Positions 1 through 20,300 of a stretch of DNA of 64,000 nucleotides are shown here, piece by piece. Every line of letters begins with the position of its first letter. Within the stretch, counting starts at the first letter, position 1. The DNA is from Azolla caroliniana. Taxonomy: Eukaryota > Plantae > Polypodiophyta. The position numbers and the translations under genes were made by a program. Location: the NCBI GenBank assembly GCA_043228905.1, contig JBHGNT010000013.1:13950001-14014000 (forward strand). The letters run 5' to 3'. The notes under the pieces were generated by a model that worked only from the letters and a program-made list of their open reading frames with translations, did not search any database and was not told the DNA's origin.

Positions 1-655
1 TTTCCAAAGGATTGGTGTATATTTTTATGTAGCTACTAGCAATTTTTCAGAGTTCATTAAGACATTAGTCCACACTTTTTACCTTACATTCCATCAAAGG
101 AAAACCTAGCAACATGAGTGACGTCTTCAAAGAATATTATATTTACTTTTACATTCAGTTAGCCAATTCCATGATTTAGAGATATCTCCCCAATGCATCA
201 CATTCAAGGTACATATTGTAGTGAGTGTAGCATGCATACATACACAAGTAGCATGCAATGACCTCGTATCATATTCAAAGTAAAATCGAACTAAATAAGG
301 AATGGCAAAGGGAGCATAGAGTAACATAGTGCTCTACCCAAGCTTTGTCATTTCAATGAAAAGGGAAGAAACAAGAAAGAGTGTAGAGCAACATAGAGCT
401 CTACCAAAGCTTTCTCATTTCATTTAATTGTGATTGCGGTTGGAATTAGTGTTATATGAGAGGCCATTTCATCACGGTTGTAGTTATTGCCTATGGAATT
501 AGGGTTAAGTGAGAAGCCAGTTCCTTGTCATCACAGTCGTTGCCATTGCATTTACGGTTTCCTGACATACCATTTCATTGAGGTGGCAGTTGTTGGAATT
601 ATGGTTATGTGAGATGTCTCATTTGTGCTGCTGGTTCTTGTGGTTGGAATTACAG

Positions 656-7642
<6,987 letters not shown>

Positions 7643-8229
7643 TGTAGGAGCATTCGGATCAGAGAAGAAGCTTTAGGTTCAAGAAGAAGACGAATTTGAG
7701 GAATTCCTGCATATATTACTGGATTAAGAAACCCTAAATGAGCTCTAATGCTGAGATAGATGAAGAAGGGAAACCTAAAGGCAGAAGAAGAAGAGGTTTT
7801 TCTGCATACATTACTCAAATAAGAAACCCTAATTGAGCTATAATGGTAACCTAATGTCTTTCTGTCATGGCTGTCTCTCTTTCTATCTTTTCTTCTTTGC
7901 TGTATGACCTTCTGTGTTGATCTACACTCCTGGTTTATGTTGATCTGAGCAGCAGAGATTTAAAGTAAAGGTTAGAAAGGGGAATAACGCGTAATGGGAG
8001 CATTAAAAAAGAAAAACACAGTCAAAAGAAAGAATGTTTACAGCCGGAAGGAGATCAGAACAGACAGACAGACAGAAGAAGGAGAAGGAGAAGAAGGAGA
8101 AAGATGGAGAAGAAAGGTGAGCAAAAAGGAAGGAAGCAGGAACAGCTTTCCAGCGAGCAAAGCACAGACAGAGACACAGAGACACAGAGACACACACACA
8201 GAGAAAAAAGAGCGAGCGTGAAGAAGAAG

Positions 8230-8725
8230 ACGTATATATTATATATACGTGTACGTATATGTGTATACGTTTACGTATACGTATAATACTTGCGTAGTGT
8301 AATGGAATGTATGTAATGTGTGTATGTATTGAATGTGTGTGTATATGTAATGTAATGTATGTATGTACGTATGTATATATTCTATATGTACATATATATG
8401 TGCATATGTATGTGCACGTATATATATATGTATGTATATGTATGTATGTATGTTACGAATGTATGTATATGTATGTATATGTATATGTATATGTGTATAT
8501 GTATGTGTATATGTGTAATGTAATGTAATGTAATGTAATGTAATGTAATGTAATGTAATGTAATGTAATGTAATGTAATGTAATGTAATGTATTGTAATG
8601 TAATGTAATGTATTGTATTGTATGTATGGATGCGTGTGTGTGTGTAATGTATGCTTGCATGTAATGTACATATGTATGTTATGAATATATATAATGTATG
8701 TGTGTAATGTTAGCATGCATGTAAT
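8230..8725. repeat. Compound microsatellite: (TATG/TA)n plus (TAATG)n
   Basis: Perfect TAATG pentamer run at ~8516-8590, flanked by AT/GT simple repeats. Confidence 0.95.
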
Positions 8726-9915
8726 GTTTGTGCACTTCCATTAGTGTCGATGCAGTTTTTAGGGATAAGGAAGGATATGCAACCACTATGGAAGATACCG
8801 AGTAGTAGTAGTACTGCATATGTATTACATCTTGATACTCTCTTGTTTTTCATCAAGTTAGAGCCTCGCCAATTGAATTGGTAAAAAGTATTTGGTTGGA
8901 CAGGGATAACCAAAATCAGAAGTATTGTACTGTTGGAAATTCTAACAATAAAGCTCGTCATCGCGATCAGTTTCTTGCTTTGTGGACAAGTACTCCACTT
9001 ATGACCTTGAAGAATGGCAATCCTTTTTGGCACTTTCAGCCACAAGAATGGTTGTTTCCTCCACAACCCACATAGGAATCAAAACGTTGTAAATTGTTTA
9101 CATATATCTTTTTGGAGAAAAAAAGAAAAGAAGAAGTGTGCATGTAATGTAAGCGCGTATGTATGCATGTATGTAATGTATATATGTAATGTGTGTATGT
9201 ATGTATTCCTACATTATATAGCCCGATCATGATCCTCCCACGTTTATGTTTGTATAACACGTTCGTTTGCTTATGAACCTTATGTGTTGGTTGGATCGCC
9301 CTCTTCTTCTCTCAGCTAAATGAAACGTGTTGTTGCCATAAAGATTCATGCTCTGCTCTGCTCTGCTCCGGGCTACCTCTTGCGACATTAATACATTGTA
9401 TGTGTCCCCTCAACTATGGTTCCCCTACATATTGTGTGCGTTGACATTGCGAGCTTATTGAGACAAGAGACGTTGGAGCCTAACTTGGGGTTGTTGGGGC
9501 CACCTAAGTAAAAAGTTGAGTGTTGAAAGGAAAGGGAGTGACAACCTTTGCCCCCCTCGACATTGCACTAGACTAAAGCAAGATAGCTAGACGATCCATT
9601 AGACCATATACTTAGCAACATGTTGTGGGTGGCATGGCGGGGCGTCATTCCCACATGTGCAATATTGAACATTGTGTGCAAACAAGGAGGGGTAGACGAA
9701 CTCTCGCGACACTTTTATCCAAAAGCTTGTAATGTCTCAACATTGTAAGCAAAATAATAATAATAATAACTCATTGCCACTTGGTTCTTAGGACCTAACA
9801 TTTTTATCTCCATGAGACGTGGCTCCATATACGTACACGGTGAGGATGGGGAGCCGCTCCCTACCCATTGAACTTCAAATGGAGAACGTTTGTTTCACTT
9901 TGATAAGTTTATGGT

Positions 9916-10387
9916 GTTGGGTGTGTGTGTGTGTGTGTTGTTGTTATTATTATTATACACAAGAGAAGGTGATATATTACACGACTTGTGTATGAATCCC
10001 CTATATTATGATGTTTTATCGCCAAAGGTTTGCGTTTCTACGCATGTGATTAGCACATGGTTATGATCACTCACCCTTTATGAAAACCTATCTAGCTCCA
10101 CCTAATGCTTTGACATTGTTACAAAATTATCTTCCCTCTATTTCTCACTTGTTGGGTGTGTGTGTGTGTGTTGTTGTTGTTGTTATTATTATACACAAGA
10201 GAAGGTGATATATTACACGACTTGTGTATGAATCCCCTATATTATGATGTTTTATCGCCAAAGGTTTGCGTTTCTACGCATGTGATTAGCACATGGTTAT
10301 GATCACTCACCCTTTATGAAAACCTATCTAGCTCCACCTAATGCTTTGACATTGTTACAAAATTATCTTCCCTCTACTTCTCACTTA
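9916..10387. repeat. Near-identical tandem duplication, ~235 bp unit
   Basis: 'gttgggtgtgtg...tacacaagagaaggtgatat...cttccctcta(t/c)ttctcactt' occurs twice head-to-tail. Confidence 0.93.
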
Positions 10388-12877
10388 TGGTTTCCCTGGT
10401 GGACTAATCAAACAACTTGCTTTGAAAATCTTGTGAGTCATCACAAGTTTCCAAAAGAGTGAAAAAAAACATATATGTAGAAAATTCAAAGATGTTCCAC
10501 ACGAGAGTTTTCTTTTGCTAGCTACAACATTGTGAAAGTTGGGCCAGTGTCTACATTGGATGCATCACAATGACTTTATCCACCCTATAACTCTATGACA
10601 AAAAAAGCCTACCTACCACTATTTTCCATTCCAATCTACTGTTGCCAATTTCATTATGCAAAACATCACATACGTTTGTGTATGTGAACATAGCCACAAT
10701 TTTCCCATGCTCAATTCATTGTCAAAGGCACAATAGTTAAACATTGAGTCCATTCTTTTCCAATGTTTTCCGTAGAATTAAGATATTGCAAAACATGTGA
10801 GGGTCCACGTTTCGATGCATGATGATAATTTTCTTTAGAATGAACACTTAAATATATCTAATCAACACAAATGCAACTACATCCTCATTTCTCACGGGGC
10901 CACTAGTTTATACAAGTGCTTTTTGATCAAGCAAAGCACTAGCTTTGCCGCGTGATGGAGAACAAAAAATCGACTTGCCACTAATCATGATTCGGCTCAC
11001 CCAAGACAAGCTTGTTTAACGATTTAAAGTTGATGTTTACTTGAATATTAAACACTTATCAATTTTAACTTTCGATGTATTCTTTGTACTGAATGCATCC
11101 TTAGTCTTTAATATAAAAGGAAAGGCCATCCGTTTTAAAAAATATTGGACTATGACCCTCGTAGTTGTAGCCTTTATGGTACAAAGACATTAGTATGACT
11201 CGTGAAAGTACTTGTGAGAAATGCAAGTGGAAACGTGTTTAGGAGTCATGAATGTGATAAACGTTTACCTATAGCCAAAATGGTCAAATGTGTAGTATAA
11301 GGGAAACCAAATAATGTGAATGCAAATACGTTGGAATAGAATAACTATTGAGTAATGGAATGAAATTATAAAGCAAACAATCGTAAAGACAATGACTATG
11401 TAGAATGGATTGTACACCTATGTACGTTGACTGATTCGAGGACTCCGTTTCATACATGGATGCATGCATTCTCAACCTGCGCAAAGTGGTGAGAACCTAC
11501 GAAAAATCACCCCTGTCCCTCATACTCTATTAATAACACGAGACGGTAGAATTTAAACAAAGTGCGGGGCATATTTTGTATGGAGAACTCATAGATCGTA
11601 TATATGTATACACAAACCCTATGCCCAATCACTACCAAACGATTACAAATGGTGATGTATTAAATTGGGTCAATTACGCCTCAACAACAACAATTCTAAA
11701 TAAAATAATTATTATTATAAATTCATTTTGATTTTCATCTTTTTTATGAAGTTGGATTGGATTGTAGCTACAATGTAGAAAATAAACATTTGTTTATTTT
11801 AAATCACCTACAAACTACATTATCTATAAAAAAAATTTATTAAAACAAGAGGGATGGATAACCTAATTGAAATTGAGAAGAGAATTGAAAGCCATGAAGA
11901 AACGTACATATAAGAGACTCTCTACTTGATTTTCAAGGCATCATCTCTTAACTCCGTATGTCTTGTAGACATTAATTATTGTAGCTACTCACATCTCGAT
12001 TAATCACTATAGTTAATCATATCATTAAGACATTATATAAACCACTTATCATTCAATTAGTGCATATACATACACCTAAACAATGCACGCTGTAAAAAGA
12101 TTAAAACATGAATCAATTGAATGCATGTTTTAATAAATCTTAAATGGCTATAATATATTTGTATGCTCTAAATTAAATTGCATATTATATACACAATGCT
12201 TGCATTAGATATTTGTTTCTAACTACATTTAAAATAGGGATTAATTAACCATACGCATTTCGTATATTATTCTTAAATCAATGCATGTAGGATTTAATTG
12301 TTTGATTCATTTCTCGTATTTTTTTATAATGTTCACGGATAGGATTACCATGTATGCATGTGTACCTTATTTATTATACCAAACGAAGCGTTAGGTTAAG
12401 AAACATGACAAGTATTGCCATGAAATACAAAAGAAGTGACAAAGACTTTGCACTTTGTCTTTGCGGCATAAAATGGGACCTAATCCACCCAATTTTTTGG
12501 GTTCATTGACGTGAATGTAACATATTTTGGTTGCGTGATGGGCAAAGTGGATGGCATGAAATGGTCGTCCCATCAATGTAAAGTGACCAAAACCATAAAA
12601 TATTGGTTAGGTTTTATCTAGCATGCATGATAGGACGATGATAAACTAGCATGATTATCTCATGGTATTATGTAATTGTAGAGTAATATATTCTTAGATT
12701 GTTTGTATGTTAGAGAAAACAATCAACGTCCTTATCATTTGTATAGTTGTTGTGAAAACCAAATTTCTTAAGTTAGTACAAGTGTTACGCAATTAAGATT
12801 CCCTTTTAATGATCATACACTTAAGATGTCTATATGTCATCTTGAGGGTATGCGATACAAAGTCGACAAGCTTAGAG

Positions 12878-13835
12878 ACCCATTAGAAAAGGAAGAAAGA
12901 AAGATATATTAACTAAGGCCAAAATTGGCCCATGAGACAATTGGTTTGCAACAAAATGGGTATTTATCCAATCATCATAACTAAAATAAAATAAAGTAAA
13001 AATAGAACTTAAACTAAAAGAGTTATAGTAGTGTACAAAATGTGGTATACTCGATAAAAGGAAGTGACTTTGCACTAAGCCTAATTTCATATCCACCCAA
13101 GCCTCTCAAAAAGACGTGGGAGGTCAAAGTGTTTTGATGTGGGTGTGACCCATGGTCTCAGTGTATAGAGTGCCCCAACCATGGCTTCTAGGTAGTGTAG
13201 CTCACGTTCCCTTATTTCCTTTATTGCTTCTACACCACGTCGAGTTGCTTTGAAACTCGGCATTCGAGGGTGTTTGGTTCTTCTTTGGTTTTCTGCTTCA
13301 TTAAGGAAAAGGCCGAGTGGTGTAGGTGTGTCAACATTCGTTGTCTCCCCCTATTCTTGGAAAACTTCATTTCTTACATGTTGGTGAACATTAGCAACAT
13401 TATTGTCAACATTTTGTAACTTATTCTCTCTGTATTGTTTTAGCTCTAGGATGTATCTGCCTAATTTCTTTATATCTAGAGTATCTAATAGTTTGGGGAG
13501 GGTAGGAGAGGAAACAAGTATGTCTTGATAATTTGCCCTTATCTCGTTGTAGGTGGGACACTTGCATGTAAAATGGTACTCATCCTCTATCTCTATGTGG
13601 CATAACCTACATATCCTTTCCCCCATAGGGACTCCATTAGTACGACCATTCTCAATCTCAAGTTGGTGAGATGATATTCTAAGTTGTCCAATGGCAACCC
13701 TTAGTGCATGTGGTAAGAATACATCTAGATATTTTGGATGTGTAATAAAACCTAACTCAGAGAAGTGCATGAAGTGTTCCTTATAGTACAACATCTTTGA
13801 GAGAAGAGGATGATGAAGCAAGTAGTATTCTATGA
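12878..13835 (-). mobile_element. 5'-truncated LINE (3' end), same family as 27.5-29.5 kb
   Basis: ORF 13351-13821 has the C-terminal RICRLCHIEIEDEYHFTCKCPTY motif, nearly identical to 28789-29094. The 3' UTR is shared and ends in a TTTC-type tail. Confidence 0.85.
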
Positions 13836-14616
13836 TAGATTATGGGCTGAAGACAAAAGTAGAATTAAGATATCCAAAAAGACCGACTTTGTATTAACGA
13901 CGAAGAGATTAATAATGCGACATTTAGCCATGGAACACTCTTGCAAAAGCTTCGAAGTACGTAGGTTGTAGACATAGAGCAATTGCTAAGAGATGTCGAG
14001 AGGGCAACATGAAAACAATATAATTATCCTACCATGCTATATCCAACATACAAATGTAGTTGTGAATGATGGCAATATACAAACGATACACTTTCGATGC
14101 AATATGTGTCGAGTCTTAGGCACGATAGATGAATGTGCACATGTCTCATCAACCATTGATCCTTTGGCATTTATGATTTCCAAGCTAGAGGAGTCACAAA
14201 GTTACCACCACAAAAGGGATGAATTAGCTTGTGGGATGTCCGCACGAGCACACTAAAAAAACAAAAACGGCTAAGCTTTTCATATCCTTCCGATTATCAG
14301 CTCTTCATAACTTTGAGAAGCAAAAGTTGGCGAATGTTGTTTGTTGGATGGTTCTGTCCACGAGACGGGGAAACACTACGAGCTGGGTAGTTCAGGCCAA
14401 CCAACCGACAACATGCTATAGGATGGGGCTAGTTTTCACCTCCCTACTGAATGATGATAGGTGCCACAACATGGAATGACCAGGTATTGTCGTGACCCTC
14501 AATGTGATGGTGGTGCTTCTGATCGGAAGCGAGTCCGATTTCCAGCTATTATTCTCCTTGAAATTCTCGACGGTTAAATTCTTATTCCAAGAGAAAGCAT
14601 TGAAGAAGTGTGAGTG

Positions 14617-14765
14617 CCTTAGCTGAAAATTGATGCAATATTTCCATGACTATCTGAGGTCCAAGGTTCGAAACCCTCAAAGTAAGCAGAATAGAATCAT
14701 CACCATGACCACGGAAAATTGATGCAAATATTTCCACTATTGGAGGTCCAAGGTTCGAACCCTGA
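14617..14765 (+). promoter_or_regulatory. Two tandem tRNA-like units, each with a consensus Pol III B-box, in the predicted 5'-UTR intron of the TFIIIC subunit gene
   Basis: GGTTCGAAACC at 14665-14675 and GGTTCGAACCC at 14752-14762 match GGTTCGANNCC. A loose A-box-like TAGCTGAAAATTG lies at ~14620. Putative intron runs from GTGAGT (14610) to TTTGCAG (15002). Confidence 0.55.
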
Positions 14766-15007
14766 ATTAAACAGAATCATCGCCATCACTACCACCATAA
14801 TCGTGTTTTCGTTTCTCTCCGATTCTAACAGGTATAATGCCTATAAACACATTCCCCCCCCCCCCAAAAAAAAAAAAGTAAATTAGTTTTTTTTCTTCAT
14901 CTCCGCCCTCCCTTTTTATTTGACATGTCTGCACTCCCACTGTGTTGGTTTTGTTGCTGTTTGATGAGATTTTCTTTTACACCATTCGAAATCAGTTTGC
15001 AGGATTG

Positions 15008-17333
15008 ATGGGTTTCATTGAAAATGGAAGAATCCAGGGTCTTATACCTGAAAAGACACTATTTGCAGTGAACTATCCTGGATATCCTTCTTCTCTCGAT
15101 AGAGCTGTCGAGACATTGGGAGGCCAAGAAGCCATCTCGAAGGTTTGAATACTACATTCTCCATTATTCAATGAATTAGTCTGGGAAAATAGAGGTTGTT
15201 CAGGGATACCTACAGTATCATGTTGATATGAATTAGTATGGAAAAAAAAACAAGGGTATCATGTTGAGCTTTTAATAATCATTCAAGTGCCTTTTTCACA
15301 AACACAGATGCATACATTTTCATGTATCTTAACCACACTTATATGCCTGTGTCGGGAAAAAGGTGCTCACATTCACTAAAACATGGGTTAAATTTTGAGC
15401 TTCTTGACTGGAAATGTTTGGAAAGGGAAGGAAATCTGGTATTAAAATTTGTGGTGTTTTCTTTGGCATTCCATGTTATCTCCATAAACTAAAAGATGAA
15501 ATCTATATCAAACTGTGTGGGAAAACATCAGTGTGCAACTCAAAGTAAACTGTGAGATCAGCCTTGTGATAATATCCTGTTATAAATCTGAAAAATTCGG
15601 ATGTGAATAACCCAATGTTATTTACTAATGTAATTCGTTGTAGGCACGGTCATCTGAATCAAACTATCTAGAGCTCAGGTTTCGTCCTGAAGATCCCTTT
15701 GCTCATCCAGTCTTTGGAGAGCTCCGTGGTATATCAGGATTAGTTCTTGAACTCTCTAGGGATAAAGAGAATGAGAATTCAAGCCAAGAGGTCAGGGCTG
15801 ACATTATTGCTAGAGTTGATCAATGTTATGAATTTAGTGGTCAGTTTCGAACCATCAGTTTCAGCTATCAAATGTCAATGCAAATCATTGATGAATTCAT
15901 ATTTAAAAAATTCATATCTGTAATGGTCCTTGAATAGTGTCAATTTCAGGAATGGCAGATTATCAATATGTTGCACCCATTCATGTGAAGCTTGAAAAGG
16001 GGAGGAAACGTCAGCGAATGCAGAGTCTTCATACTGGTCAGTTGTGGAAGTATTTCTATATAAGACACCTAGTCTCTAAAGGCTTTCCATATAATATAAA
16101 CTTTTTGCAGAAAAGAACGCTTAAATGAGACCTTTTTGTCTAAAATAGACAATCATGATCTTGAAAGATGCTAATTTGAGAAGAAAGATTTAGTTATTCT
16201 TTTAATGGAACAATGTTTAAATTGGTGCTCCTGATTCAGATCCTGGGGGGTTTATGGATGTGGAGCAAGAGGAGATATTGTTACTTCCACCACCTTTATT
16301 CTCTGTAAAGGACATGCCTGAAGAACTTGTGTAAGTTTTGAAAGCCAGAATATGCTTCACATTATTGAAAAATAAGGCAACAATGTCGATAATGTAGTAT
16401 AGAGCAAGGTAAGAGTGATGCTAAGGATTGTGCTTTTATTATAAATGTGTCGCAATTTTTTGTGGTTATCCTTTCCCTCACTTCCTCTTCATCCCTTACC
16501 TTGATGCTTGGCCGTTAGCTGTTTCGTGCTGAAAGCATCATGTCGTTTTATATATTTAGTTAAAAAATCGTTCAACAAATAAAACATTGGTTCTTGCAGT
16601 TTGCAACCATCTGATGTCTCAAGAGCATGTCATCGCCAAGCATTGCTTACTCAACAACCTTGGGAAATACAAGATTCTCAAGTATAAACTTCTATCTATT
16701 TAGAAATCATTTTATCATTTAACCAACAATTGTATTGTGTAAGCATTTTATCGAGAATTGAGTATCTTCTATCATCTAGTTTCCTGATAAATGCATAAAT
16801 GAATAAGTGTAGTTTCTCTGATGAATTTGTTAAATATATCTCATCACCGTTGACAATGTCCTTACTCCGGAATAAGTTTCCCACAAGAATAAAAAGTTCT
16901 GTCATGACCTTTATGATTAGCAATCTATTGAAAATGTGAGATTAATTAAGTGTCTTTATAAATACATAGAAGATGAAAGCTGATCATTAATCAACTGGCC
17001 TCAGGAGTTTTAGTGTAACTCCTAATCCACGTCAATGCTCAAATCTAGGAGTGATTTGAAGCTGAAGTGTCTATAAAACACTTTATGCATGCTATAAAAG
17101 CATCAAAGCATCAATTTGATCAGGATTATATCATCATCCAACACCATAGACATACTGCAATTCCAACTGACAAATTAATTTGTGTGCAGACGGAGATTGT
17201 TCCTTGTTTCAACCTCGACTTCAAGATTAAAGATATCCAAAAAGTCTCAAATGGACAAGATTATGCGTTGTTTGCTTCTAATGGAAGTTGATTTATTATA
17301 TATATATATATATATATACACACACATACATAT

Positions 17334-17382
<49 letters not shown>

Positions 17383-20300
17383 TATATATTTGGTTGGATA
17401 CAGTCAAGGATGGAAGTTAATTTATTATATATATATATATATATATATTTGGTTTGATACAATCTATTGTTCAACCTTTACATAAGCTCACAGATACCCC
17501 CCAAGATAGACTGGGAAAACCGTCTTGATAAGAATTCTAGTGAATGGCACACACAATCAACTCTTTCAAACCTGTTTGAAGAGAGACCAATATGGGCAAA
17601 ATCTACAATCAATGACCGGTTGATAGGAAAGGGGATTTGTATCACAGATGTGCAGTTACGAAGGTATATGTTTTTACACTTAAAAATTTATTTCTCTAAG
17701 CATTGGGGCTAATCTATGCAGAATTGTATTTCAGGTTTTTATTCAGGTTATCATATTACTTTGCCTATGGTCCTTTTCGAACATTATGGATAAGAAATGG
17801 ATATGACCCTCGGAAAGATCCAGAATCAAGGATGTAAGTAATTTATGTGATATTTTTGTACATCCTCTACTAGCCCTTCCTTGCGTACCTTACATGTAAA
17901 CTCAGGGGAGAAGGGGAAGGAGAGGTGGCCATCAGAATTTTCTTGGCATATGCATTGGATGCATGCAATTCTTTTTCTTTGCCTTTTCTCTCTTTTAGGA
18001 ATTTTATTTGTGTTGCTCACTCATTCACGGAGGTATCCTCATTGTCACATTTTGCTTGGAGAGATATAAATGTTGATAAATATGTTCTATTCTGGAACCA
18101 TACCATACACATTGCACATCTACCTTAGAATGTGTCGTATCCAGATTATTTGTGCTGTTGAATCATAATATCCAAGGATCTATTCTGGATTAAAGGTAGG
18201 TGCCTAAATATTTTTATCATGTACAGTGAAAGAACTACCTTGCATTTAGCATTTACTATACTTGCTCAAAAATGTTGCAATGGTTGGAATGTATAAGATA
18301 TGTAACCTTCTACAAGAAAAGCTATTAGATTAGGTCTCTACGTAAAGGTTATGAATGGATGCCCTTGTGTCATATATTATTTATCTTTTGTGAATATATT
18401 TTTCTGATTTGGAATGATAGGTTTCAAATGGTTGACTTTCGTGTGCCCAAATCTGTGAGAAAGGAAGCCCAAGCATATTTGATTGAGAAGGGAGAGGCAG
18501 CGTGAGTATTTTCAAAATCTATCTTCATTAGATCATGAGCTTAAAAAGGGTCACAAATATTATTGAAGTCAAGAATGTTACTTGAAAATATAAATGGATA
18601 GAAACAATAATGCAAGCTAATATTCTTCTACAGTATGTAAATATCCTGCCTTTTTGTTTACTTACATTTTGGAATGCAATCATTTTCTTGCTCCACTACT
18701 ATACTGTCAAAGTTGATTAATTCTTACATTGCTATTACTTTAGTGCAACCTTTAAGTAAATTACTTTCTCATCTACTAAAAGTCCATCTCACATTATTGT
18801 TGACACTATAGCCACCTTTTTTATGATAATAATAATATGACTGAGTTCATATGGGTAAGTGTGAGCTTCATATTACAACAATTTGGGGACTAGCATTGCA
18901 TGTGTCCCCTGTGTAGAGCCCTATGGCCAAGAGTCAAGCAAATGTGAAATGTGAACATTGTTTCTGTGGCAAGTGAACAGTCAATAATGGAAGCCGATGA
19001 GCTTCCATCTTGTAGCTTATATAAAGGCATCCCTCTACGTCATAATCTCATTGTTCACTTTCTTGCCAATCTTCTCATGAAAGGCTCTAAGGTATACCCC
19101 CAAGTTCACATTGATACTAATGGAAACTTCTAAAGGATCAATGGTTTGTTAAAGGTAGCGATTTCTTCCCTAGATCATTTTCGTCACAAACTTGAGACAA
19201 TTAGCTTAACCATGTATTGTGTCCAAATTCAATCTTAGCCTGATTATTGAGAGAATGATATGGTTGAGGCGAAGTTGTGATGAAGAATGGAGGTTGCAAC
19301 ATTGGTGGATTAAGTGGCAAGGGATTGGACTAATAATGGAGCAATGTTTAGGTAGGAGAAGGAGCAATAAGTGAATCAGGGAGTTAAGTAGATGCTATAA
19401 TGACGATTATAATAATATCAAATGTGGGCTTCAGCATTTTCTACTCTTGATTTCCGTTCTTGAATTTTTAATGATAAATTTTCATAGTTTTTCTTCTTCA
19501 AAGGTTAATTAACTATATTGGTGAACTAATGGCTAATTACAGCACGCCACACCTCTCTATAGCTTACTTGCCACCATGCTTATCCCGTTGGCGTTCTAGA
19601 AATCATAGCTTAACTTGTGAAAATTTTAAGCATTCCCATTTTTCTTGTGCAGGGCATCCATCACTTGGAGTGATATTTGCTGTTTTAAGGAAGCTCCATT
19701 AAAAAAGTTTTCGTATTTGCAATTGTATGATCTTGATGATGAGTACATCCAAAGTCAGATCAGAATGCCTGCAGAGCAATCTACATGCAATGTAAGAGAG
19801 ATTATCCTAATAATTGTCTCTTGACTAAAGGTTCAAATTTTGGGTACTTGATGACATAAGTTGATCTTTGAGATATGTTTCTTGGCCTGGAAACCAAACC
19901 AAACCGAGCATTTATTCATAACAAAACAAAACAAAACGAAACCGTTTAAGAACTACCAACCTAGTTAAACCAAATTGCTTAAGTAAAAGTGAAACCAAAT
20001 GGAACCATTAAATCACAAATCTAAACCAAATCATTCAAGTCAATTAATTAATCCATCGATTTAATTAAACCATTGGAAAATAAAAAAAGTAAAGTAAAAA
20101 ACTGATAAACCGAGTTTTAGAACCAACGCAGACTGAAACCAAACTGTTTGATGATATTTAAAAACCAAACCAAACCGTTTAATATTCCAATCAGTAAACC
20201 ATTCAACCATGGCTTAACAGTTTGATTGGGTTTGAGTCGAACCAAGGCCCATAGCTACGTTGAGAGAACCTTAATGTCAAATCTAATTATGTAGAGAATA

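Noticed and set aside
7725-7835. AAACCCTA telo-boxes upstream of the bZIP ATG
   Set aside because: They are present but common in plant 5' regions, and here they come from a small local duplication. Not distinctive.
7994-9260. Cluster of short ORFs rich in Y/I/H/T/V/C
   Set aside because: They are simple-repeat translations with no coding signal.
10390-11000. Possible hAT transposase relic
   Set aside because: The similarity is too faint to support by eye.
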